This document shows, in pieces, positions 50,701 to 62,700 of a DNA stretch of 64,000 nucleotides. Origin of the DNA: Lytechinus pictus (taxonomy: Eukaryota); the NCBI RefSeq assembly GCF_037042905.1, contig NC_087250.1, positions 23,190,001-23,254,000 on the forward strand, in the 5' to 3' direction. Numbering within the stretch: position 1 is the stretch's first letter; the number at the start of each line of letters is the position of its first letter. The translations under genes and the position numbers were made by a program. Below the pieces are notes generated by a model. That model was not told where the DNA came from. It ran no database searches and was given only the letters and a program-made list of their open reading frames with translations.

Positions 50701-53700
50701 ATTACAAAATTGTACAACTGCATGCGCGTTTTTGATATGCAAATTATGCTGTGAACAAACTTTTCTACATTGATTTGCACGTAAGAAAGTAATTAAAATG
50801 ATCTGATGGTTGCCAATATTGGAAATCTAAATCATATAACTTATAGATTCATCAATTAACTGGACCAATGCGTAAATCATTTTCAAATACTATCAATAAA
50901 TAGTAATTTTATGACTCACGAGTTATTTTGATGACGGTTACATCGACATAAATCCATGGGGAAAAGGAGTTATGCCCATATGATTTCTATGGGTAGATCT
51001 ATACATGTATATATGGAAAATAAATTATAACAAATATTCTAAAAAATGAAGAAATAAATTATCAGCATCATGGTTATTATGAAACTACTTGAAAAATGCA
51101 ATTGTGTTTTTTATCAATATTGTGTCTCAGATCAGGCGCAGATCCAGGATTTTCCAAAAGGGGGATCGAGCCGAGGGTGGATAATTCAAGGGGGGGTACA
51201 CTTGTGTTTTAACGGCATTTAACATTACAAATTTTAACTGTGCCTCTCAAAATTGGGGGGGGGGGGTACAAGCCGGCTCTGCCCCCTCCCCCTTAGATAC
51301 GCCAGTGTCTCAAATGCATTAGACACTGTTATATGGCCTGTAGGCCATAGGCCAAGTTAGGCTTTCTTGACTAAATTTATGAGGTCAACTTGAACACCAT
51401 GTTAAATTTGTTAATCAGGACTCCCTAGAACAATATGCCCAGGACTACATGTTATTTTTAATATTCATCCCTTCCAAATCATTAGAAAATAACAGTCACA
51501 TTAGTGTATCAAAATGTTATGACCAAAACAAAAACAATTGGGGATGTCTATCATTGGCCTGTATAGGCCTATTATGCGCTATTGATATTCCTATATAGGC
51601 ATTTTTGTTCTCAGTTTCGTTAGATTTTTTGATAATTTAAACTGTAATTCTGTACATTCAATACTATTTAACTTTTCCATTTGCTTTCGCGCTCATATGT
51701 CATCATTTTGTTCCGTTTCTGTGCTATCACGGTACATGGCCCATAGGTACTGTACGCGCATGGCAGGCTGCGAAGACCTATCGAGTAATGGCGGCCGGTC
51801 TCCGCGTAATCACAGCGATTTGACGAAGTACGCCCTCTAGCGTTATTAGTATATATCTCTATGATGGGTACCCACTAGGATTTAATCCTTGACGCTTTAG
51901 CGCTGATATGGAGACTCAGCTACGGCCGGGGTAATAATATATGCAGAGCTGCCAACCACACTTGACCAAAAATCCTATTATTTCACCCCAAAAATCCTAT
52001 TTTTAGGCAAAAAATCCTATTCATACCCGTCGTGTACTTTCCTACTATACATGTCATTATTTTGTTGTGCTCACTGTAATTTTTACATCCGACAGGCAAG
52101 GTTCCACATTAACTTTTTTGGTGGTGGCCCGTTCGGGCCACCAAAACCTTTAAATTATTTTTTTTGGTGGCCCAATATTAAAGTTTGGTGGCCCCCAAAA
52201 AACAGAACAGGGAAAAAAAGTAAAAAAGAAAAATTAAAGAAAAAAAAAGAAACAAAAGAAAATATAAAAAAAATTAATAAAAAATGGGGATGGGGGAAAA
52301 AATGAGAAGCCATTACAAATATTTTTTAACAGCTGTACGTAGCAACAGTTTAAGCCGATTGAGCAAATAATTTTCACTCACCTTTTGGGGATGGTGCATA
52401 TTTCTATTTTTATAACCTTAATTTCGTTTGTATTATTATTTTTTCAGTAGAAACATATTCTTTAATCAGGCATACCGGTATTCAATGGGAAGGGGTATAT
52501 GGTTTAACCACTGTCAAAAAAAAAAAAGTAAGAAAACGGTAAAAGTTATATCTGGAAAAAAGGTGTGAGAAAAGTCCTTTATTTTGTTTGCCAAAATGTT
52601 TGAAAAATTCACATTTCATATCAATGAAATGCCTTCCCAAAGTATTTTCTTTATGAAGAGTGATTTAAGAAGTCATTTATAAACAAAAAAGAAAGAAACT
52701 GTCTGCTTATTTTTTGCTAGAAAAGACACAGCTTCGAAAGAAACCAAGTATCAACATACATACAAATGCACATGTGGGACTGTGATGTACTCACCTATGT
52801 GTTTTAATGTGTATTAATACATTTGGAAATCGGTCTTTTTGAGTCAAAAGAGAGGTCATAATTCCTGTTTTTAATGCTTGCAAATAATCAGTTTACACCA
52901 GATTTGAGTAATCTGGACTGTAGAAGGGCATTTCATTGGTGTAAAATGTGACTTTGACATAGATTTTCAAAGTTCTGTGGAAGATTTCTTAGCAGCAACA
53001 TTTCGTATCGTACGTAGCTCCCCGAATCTTAATACGCTGCTAGCGCACAGATAGCTACATGTATAGCTGCTGTGGTTTCATGCAAAGCTCACGCCAGCCG
53101 GCCGGCAGGATAATAGCTACTGTATGCTATAGCGGTAAGCCTATGTACTGTCATGTGTGTGTGTATTTGTGTGTAGATCAACAAAAAGGACGCATGACGA
53201 ATTGGTTGCAATTTGAACTGTATAAAGTTGATAAATGCGTGAAAAATCGGGAGAAAAATTGCGCTACTTTGAAAATTATTGGTTGCCCGATTCGGGCCAC
53301 CAAAACTTAACATTTTTCAATAATGATTGCCCGAGGTGGATTTCTGTATGTCGAGCCTTGCCATAGCTATATTTTCAAAAAATCGTATTTTATCTATAAA
53401 AATCCTAGTGTCGTATTTTAAGTGAAAAATCGTACGGAATACGACAAAATCGTACTATTTGGCAGCTCTGTATATGTTACCATGTATCAAAGCACAAAGT
53501 AACAGTGCTATATAATGAAACATATTGTTATTACGTAAGAAACTTACACAGTCTTTGTTTGTACTGGACTTGACACACAAGATGACACCCAGACTAGAGA
53601 GTGGTAGGCTTGGAGGATGGTGCATGTTTCTGGTATTACATCACAGGTTAACTTCTTAATACATTCAGCAGACCATGGTAGCTGAGATGGGGTAAGAATG

Positions 53701-56700
53701 GTAAGGTAAATAAGATTGGTATCGTATCTCGGGTTAACTTCTTAATGCATTCAGCAGACCATGGTTGCTGAGATGGGCTAAGAATGGTAAGGTAAATAAG
53801 ATTGGTATCGTATCTCGGGTTAACTTCTTAATGCATTCAGCTGACCATGGTAGCTGAGATGGGGTAAGAATGGTAAGGTAAATAAGATTGGTATCGTATC
53901 TCGGGTTAACTTCTTAATGCATTCAGCAGACCATGGTAGCTGAGATGGGGTAAGAATGGTAAGGTAAATAAGATTGGTATCGTATCTCGGGTTAACTTCT
54001 TAATGCTTTCAGCAGACCATGGTACCCGAGATGGGGTAAGAATGGTCAGGTATATAATATTGGTATCGTATCTTAGGTTAACTTCTTAATGCATTCAGCT
54101 GATCATGGTAGCTAAGATGGGGTTAGAATCGTGAATAAATGCAGTCTTACCTTCAACTAAATTTTACAGATTGCTAAATTTCAAGTGCATCCACAGGGGG
54201 CATAACTACAAACAATCATCAAACTCTAAATTAATCTTTAATGCTGCTATGACAATTACACAATTTTTGGTTCCAGCATTGGCACAATTCAATTGTGCCT
54301 ATTCATAACAATGTGTGTACCAGAAGAAAAGTGCAAATAAGTCTTTAAAGGACAAGTCCACCCCAACAAAAACTTGATTTGAATGAAAAGAGAAAAATTT
54401 AACAAGCATAACACTGAAAATTTCATCAAAATCGGATGTAAAATAAGAAAGTTATTACATTTTAAAGTTTTGCTTCATTTCACAAAACAGTTATATGCAC
54501 ATCTCGGTCGGTATGCAAATGAGGGAACTGATGACATCACTCACTCACTATTTCTTTTGTATTTTATTATATGAAAAATGAAATATTTTGATTTACTCGT
54601 CATTGTCATGTGAAATGAAGTTTCATTCTTCCCTGAACACATGGAATTCCATTATTTTAACATTTTGTGCTTCAGGCAAGGAGGTCCTAATCATCAAATT
54701 CGTAGAAATTGAAATATTGTATAATTCAAACAATAAAAAACAAAAGAAATAGTGAGTGAGTGAATTCATCGACTCTCTCATTTGGATGTAACTGGCTCGT
54801 TCATATAACTATTTTGTTAAAATTAAGCAAAACTTTGAAATGTCATAACTTTCTTATTTTACATCCGATTTTGTTGAAATTTTCAGCATTGTGATTGTCT
54901 GATTTTTCTCTATTGATTTAAGTCAACATTTTCCTGAGGTGGACTTGACCTTTAAGTTTAGCAACTACATCATATAAACCTAACTATTTTACCTTACTCA
55001 GGGAGTGGAGAATGATCATTGTAACTTACCTGTGATTCTAGTATAAAGATCAGACACTCAAGAAAAAGAAACTGCATGAATTCTAGTTGGAAGAATCTTG
55101 CAGCACAGAATGAACATATTTTATCTTATTCAGGGAGTGGGGAATGTGCACTTTTGCTCACTTCTTATTCTAGTTTCAAGATCAAGTACTCAAGGTCCAG
55201 AAGTATGAATTAATCTTTATCATTTGGCAACATAATGTGAACCTATCTCAACTTACCCTGGGAGAGGAGAATGTGCACTGTAACTCACCTGTGATTCTAG
55301 TCACAAGGCCAGACACACAAGAACAAGAAACTGCATCTTGCAGCACAGTATGAACATATTTTAACTTACTCAGGGAGTGGGGAATGTGCACTTTTGCTCA
55401 CTTCTTATTCTAGTTTCAAGATCAAGTACTCAAGGACCAGAAGTATGATTTATTCTTTATCATTTGGCAACATAATGTGAACCTATCTCAACTTACCCAG
55501 GGAGTGGAAAATGCTCATTGTAACTCACCTGTGATTCTAGTCACAAGGTCAGACACTCAAGAACAAGAAACTGCATCTTGCAGCACAGTATGAACATATT
55601 TTAACTTACTCAGGGAGTGGAGAATGTGCACTTTTGCTCACTTCTTATTCTAGTTTCAAGATCAATTACTCAAGGACCAGAAGAAAACTATGAATTAATC
55701 TTTATCATTTGGCAACATAATGTGAACCTATCTCAACTTACCCAGGGAGAGGAGAATGTGCAATGTAACTCACCTGTGATTCTAGTCTCAAGATCATACA
55801 CTCAAGGACCAGAAGAAACTGCATGAATTCTAGCCTGAGTTGGGAGAACCTTGCGAAGCCGGCAGCCACGCAGACTACAGAGAGGTCACTACTCAGAGTA
55901 TGGTGTATGGGACTATGGGCAATGCCTTGGCCAAGATGACCTAAAAATTCAACAACAACAAAAATGAAAATAAGTTATATCCCACATATTAAAAATAGTG
56001 TATCCTATTGTCAAAGCAAAAATACCTCATTTGATAAAATGTAAAAACACTGTTGACTGCAAAATATTTCTTCTAAATTGTTATAATCTTTTTACGCTTC
56101 AATGGATGCTTGCTGCACATTTTCATCAAGGATAATTATTTGGTTGATATGAGTTAGCAATTATTTCCTCAGTTATAAATATATATACCTTTCCATAGAC
56201 TTTTCAATTTTGATAAATCCCCCCCCCCCCTTGTTCCAATCTCTCAAGCACTTTCTCTTGCTCTCTCTCTCTTCAATCTTCATATCTCTCTCTTTATCTC
56301 TTCTCTCACTCTCTTTCTCTATCACTCTCTCTTCACCTCTCTCTTTCTGTGTGTGTGTTTGTAACTTTGTATATCAGTCTCTCTCCCTCTCTCTCCCAAA
56401 CTCCACTTCTCTATTTCATTCTCCCTTTTTTCTTCTACTTACTCAATTCAGCGAGAAGATTTTCAGGTTCACCTCCTGCGACGTCAACAAGGTGAAGAAC
56501 TGTTCTGAAAACTCCTGTTGGGTCCATAATCCTACTAAGAGCCTGTGAAACCTGCTCCCTTATAACCTGATTCTGGGGACTAGATACACACAAAATATTT
56601 AAATCCTTGTCTGAAATGTTTAATATATAATTCTACTAAGAGCTTGTGTAACATGTTCCCTTATAAATTGATTATGTGGACTAGATACATAAACACAATT

Positions 56701-59700
56701 TAAAACCTTGACTGAAGTGTTTAGTCCATAATTCTAGTAAGCGCTTGTGTGAATACTACTTGATTTGGGGGACGAGATACATTCAAATAATTTAGAACCT
56801 TGTCTGAAATGTTCAGTCCATAATCCTACTAAATATAACTTTTCTTGCACTCAAATCAAACCTTTTCATCAAGACTTTATACTGTGGAATAATCTCTACA
56901 CAAATTTTGAGTATGTGAAATCATGTTTAACAGTTCAAATTTACTTACGTACACCACAGCATGAACTCCTTCCTATCAATTCTGGGTGAATTCCTTTCAT
57001 GTTAACTAGGCCACTGCCATTTATAGCAATACAAGGCAAAACCAGAAAATGCTTTTGCCATCACGCTAAACAGGGCCCGCTGGGAAAAAGTTTTTCGAAA
57101 CTGAAGTGGCTACGCTAAATAAATATGACATTATTTATTGTTATATAGAATCCCCTTCTTTTCTCAATGAGATAAATTCTGAACAAAAAGAAAAAAAATA
57201 ATGACTTCAAATTATATCCACGCTTACACATTTGATATGATGATGTTGCTGGCGAGTTTCTGGGCAATATCCATCGGAGGCTGGAGCTGCAAGAGAGAGT
57301 CTGCGAATCCTTGCATTTCCATGGCAACGGAAGAAGATGAGAGAAGATTGATGCATTCCTGGAGTGATTGGATGTCCTGGATGATGGTGGGGTCTAATTG
57401 GAAATAAAATATATTAAAAGGGATTTTAAAGAGGCACTCTAAGTGAGAAGTCAGGAGAGGAAGGCTGAAAAGAATTATCATCATCATCATCATCACAATC
57501 ATCATCATCCTCATCAACAACATCATTATCATCAACATCATCATTGTCATCTACACCAACATCATCATCATCCTCATTGTCATCAACATCAACATCATCA
57601 TCATCATCATCATTGTCATCATCATCATCACAATCATCATCATCACCTCCATCATCGTCATCATCACCATCATCGTTATCTTCATCAACATCATTATCAT
57701 TGACACCAACATCATCATCATTTTATGATGATCATCAACACGATCATCATCTTGACCACTACCATCATTATCATGGTCTTTACCGCAACTGTGTAAAATC
57801 ACTAACTATCACCAAAACTTACATCACCATCATCACCATCGTCATCACCACCACCATCATCACCATCACCATCATCATCACCACCACTATCATCATCACT
57901 GAATTACCTTGATCAGACAGCTCTAATCCTAGATCCTCCAAACTGAACACTCTCTTGACCCCCATGTGGATGTCCTCTACCAGACCTACCGGCTGAAGAA
58001 CTGATATCAGATTCTGAGAGGAGACAGAGGATGAGAGAGAATAAGAATTACAAACAAAGTAGATAAATAAGAATTATTTTATTAGACTAAAGCTCCCTTT
58101 ACACCAGATGATGTTCTCACTTCGTTGTTGAAATTCAGAAGAAAACCTAGGATGATGATGATGCACAGCATTTGTAAAGCGCCATATATCTGTCAAATAC
58201 ATTCAAAGGCGCATTGGAGCCAGCCAATCTGGGTCGCCTACAAGGGCGCGCACACAGAACTGTGACTCGCAGGTCTCTCCTCTCGATATAACTGATTGGG
58301 GGAATGCAGGTGGACCACTACACTGGGGTTTCCCCCTACTCTTATATGAATAGTGCAGTGGGTTCTTAACGTGCAAAGGTGGTGATTCTCCTCTACACTG
58401 GGCCTTCATTTAACGTCCTATCAGAGTAAAGGAGTGTTTTCCACTGTAACATAGCCTGCATCTATGAAACAGGGGAGAGACGTTTACACACAACGCACTG
58501 GCTTCAGTCATTCGCCCGGGGTGGACTCGAACCCACGATCTTTGGTGCGACTGGCAGACGCTTCACCGACTGAGTCAACTTCGTTCTCTATGCAGCGCCA
58601 AATTCGTTTGATTTTCTAGTAAAGCATGAAATCGTCAAGTGCATGTGACATCCGCGCCAAGTCCTTGTGAAGTTCACGTTGCGTGATTGGTGTTCCCACC
58701 AAGTTTATGTCGCACGCAGAAGCGTTCCATACTGCGTCGAAACGGTTCCCGCTATATTCTGACTACATCCAGCAGATTGCGAGACTTGTTGAACCTTTGT
58801 CTATTTGGACGTAGCGCCGGCTAAATGTGTGTGGTGCCGCGTAGCGGCCGTGTATTGGCAGTATAGTTTTGCGATATTCTTTCTGTGTCTGCTACTTCTA
58901 TGCTACGTTGATGGAGCTGTTAGTAGGTCCTTTCTGCATAATTACTATGCATCGTTCAGATGGGTTTACGAAGAACATGCAGACTATTATCACGTCAATA
59001 ACATTTCTTGCTACGCTCTCAGTACGCTCTTTAGCAGTTCCAACTGCACCATGGCCATTTGACGCAGCATGAACTATAAGGACATAGCATTGGTGCAGTG
59101 GGGGTAACAGAATTATAGATAGATGTTTATGAATTATGAGTACAGTAGATGAATAGAATAATACAGCCCTTAACACAATAATGTAGTGACTGCAAGATTG
59201 GACTTACTCTTTTGATAAGGCATGGCATGTGTGTGTTACAATCCAAGAAAAACCCTAAAGGCTTGTTGGCAACCTAGATAGAGAGAGAGTGAGTGACAGA
59301 GAAAGGGAGATGAGTTGAAAAGAGAAGAAAGCAAGAACAAAAAGAAAAGATTAGGGCATAATTATTAAAAGCACTGAAATTAATATATAAAACCTGATTT
59401 TTGGACAATTCATCATTTTGAACTTAACCCTAACTAGGCCGGGCTTTTTTGGCTGTTCTTTGGCCGGGGGAGGGGGGGGGGTTGATTCAACCCCCCCCCC
59501 CTGAGATCTCGGCCGCCGATCGCGCGAGCGCCGCAAAAATTTGCACGCTGGTAGTGTGCGATGTAATCTACAAGGCTGTATGGTAAAATTTTCCTAAATA
59601 ATGAGATTTTATTTCATATGAATTAATTATGCTAATTTATGCATAAATCATACTTTTTGCTCTAATTCACTAAATAAAGCTCCTAGAATGCTAATTTTGG

Positions 59701-62700
59701 TAAAAAATATTCTTTGTAGCATTCTTAACAATCGTAATTAAAAAAACTTTGGTTTGGAAATCAATTTCTTACATATTTTATTGTTTTATGAATTTCTTAT
59801 GTATTTCTGTGTTTTTCAACCTTTTGTTTTTCTTTGTTTTTTTCACCAGATTTATTGCACAACCTTTTTGAAGCATAATTATGCTAAAATCAATTGATTT
59901 CAGCTGTTTAAAGTAAAAATAATCATATCTTTATGAATAAGATGAGAAAACTCAATTTGCATTGACTTTGTACACAAAATCACGTTTTGGAACAATTTTT
60001 GGTCTGACATGCACTTACGAAATGTTGCGTAATTTCGTAACCGCGTACCCGGGCGTCGTAAATTTGGTCTTAAAAGTATTAACTCTGCGAGTGGCGCGGT
60101 AAAAAAAATTGTGCGCCGGAATGATCGCAGAAAATGTTGAGGGGGGGGGGGTTGATTCAACCCCCCCCCCCGGCCTGTTTAGGGTTAAAATACTAATTCT
60201 TCCATACTTTCAATGTTTTTTTTTCAATTATCAACCAGAATTGTTTAAATGCTTTAGGACAGATATTTTGGAGCACATTTAGTTTTCATTTGCATCTTGA
60301 TCAAGAACTGTGTATATTCAGTGATGTTTCCATATGAAGCAGAATTTTTTTAAATCTAAGTGTAGGAATAATTTTCATGCATAGAACAGCCACTTACTTG
60401 ATGATATTCCACGCAACATGCTAGAAACTTGCTCATGCTCTGTTCCACCAGTTGCCTGTACTCCCCCTGGGATACTTCCCCTCCGCCAACCCTCTGTTGT
60501 ATCTCTGTTTCCACGACGATGGACGCATCCTGACGCAGAACCAAAGGGTCGGGTAGATCAACATCCATCAGACTTCCGAGATCTGAGCCAGTTGAACGGC
60601 TGTATGTCTGTAGACGTCAAAAGAGATTTAACAACATTACTACAAATAGCTTTTGCATGAGGTGAATAGAGCGTCTCTCCTTTAATTCAAACTGTATGTG
60701 ATAGCACTGCGCGAACAGGCATATTTGCTATTTTTTGTTTTAATAATAATAATAATAATAATAATTGCCTTAAGTGATATCATGAACACTGTGAAAAACA
60801 TCTAGCCTTTTCCTAAGTGCATCCTTGAAAATGTGGAAAGAATTGTTAAAATAAGCAAAATCTATCTAGCCAAGGTGGTATATTATGCAAATAACGCACA
60901 TTTATGAGTGTGTTATGGCCATGCAGCGCACTCAGGGATATTTGCATGTTATTGCGAAGACCCGAGATGCCTGCATTGCCACTAAAATCTCACACATTTT
61001 TAATTGTGCATTGTTTGTTTTATAAAATGATTTGGCAGTATGAATTTGTAGTGGAAAGGTTGTTTGTATCCCTCCAGATTTTCAAGAATCGTACAGATGT
61101 AGAGGTCACACATTCTTTCTAGCATAACATCACAGATGACTCAAGTATGCGCGCCTAAGTAAGCGCCGGCAGCATGCCTTTCTCCATTGAAAGAATGCGT
61201 ATTTCAGATGGCATCTCAATTTTTGCACGTTATGGGGAAAATGATGCACCCAACATGCTGCCCGAAAAATTCACAGCTCGGAGGTTGCATAGAATTAAAG
61301 CATGAACATGTGACTTGCATACGCACTCACTATAGGCTACATCCTTGAACCTGTTTTATAAAATCAATCATATATGAAACATTTTGGACCGAATTTACAA
61401 AGGTGGTTTTTAATACCATCGGTTGAACCCATGGTTTATGTAGATGTCCTGTATAAATTACCCTTACTTACTGCGTATATTTAAGAAATGTCCAATGCTG
61501 ATGCGCGCTTTTGTCACAGTGCGCCAAATTGACGCCTGTTGCCTGATTATCCACGCTATTTTATTCATGAGTCCACTGTTCTGAATTAATGAGTCCACTC
61601 TTCAGTAATTAACCATGGCAACAGGCGTCAATTTCGCGCACTATGACAAAAGCGCGCATCAGCATTGGACATTTTTAATATACGCGGTATATAAGCGTAA
61701 TTCATACAGGAAATCTGCATAAACCATGGACTCAACCGATGGTATTAAAAACCACCTTTGTGAATTCGGACCATCGTTTAAAGGTCAAGTCCACCTCACA
61801 AAAATTTTGTTTTGAATAAATAGAGAAAAATCAAACTAGCAAAATGCTGAAAATTTCATCAAAATTGGATGTAAAATAAGAAAGTTATGACATTTTAAAG
61901 TTTTGCTTATTTTTCACAAAACAGGGATATGCACAACTCAAATGAGACAGTCGATGATGTCCCTCACTATTTCTTCTTTTTTTTATTGTTTGAATTATAC
62001 AATATTTTATTTTTTAAAGATTTGACAATAAGGACCAACTTGACTGAATCATATAGTATTACACGATGCTCATTCCCATTGTTCAAAGAGGAATTAATCA
62101 TTGTTGCACTTGACAATGAGGAGAAAAATAGGATATTCCCTACTTTATATAATAAAATTCAAAAGAAATAGTGAGTGGATGACATCATCAGTCTCCTCAT
62201 TTGCATACCCAACAGGATGTGCATATAATTGTTATGCGAAATTAAGCAAAACTTAAAAATGTCATAACTTTCTTATTTTACATCCGACAGTGTTATACTT
62301 GTTGGATTTTTCTCTTTTTATTCAAATCAACTTCTTGTTGGGTGGACTTGTCCTTTAAGTCAAATCGGTCATAGTGGCTGACCTCATATGTTTGAAGTGT
62401 TGTACAATGGGCGTATGGTACTTACATGAAGAGCTTTGAGAATGGTTTGAACCGAAAACCTTCCAGGCTTAAAGATGTGATCCAAATAGGCTTCCTGATA
62501 TCATATGGGAGATGGCAGAGAGAGGAAGAGAGAGATGGAGAGAGATGAGAGATAGGGAGAGAAGGAGAGAGAATATATCAGAAACACCACTTGATATCAC
62601 AATCATGACACTGTGCCAATGGTCAACTTGGCAGAGAGAGGGCCAGAAGCCTTTCAATAAATTCAAATTGGGCAATTACGCTGGATCCTGAAAAAAAAGG

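Noticed and set aside
53630..54129. CRISPR-like regular repeat array
   Set aside because: No unique spacers; whole 86-bp units repeat, derive from a NUP160 junction, and no cas genes are present.
58600..59100. Overlapping short ORFs in CpG-richer sequence
   Set aside because: No recognisable domain or splice structure; lies in a NUP160 intron whose flanking exons already join in phase.
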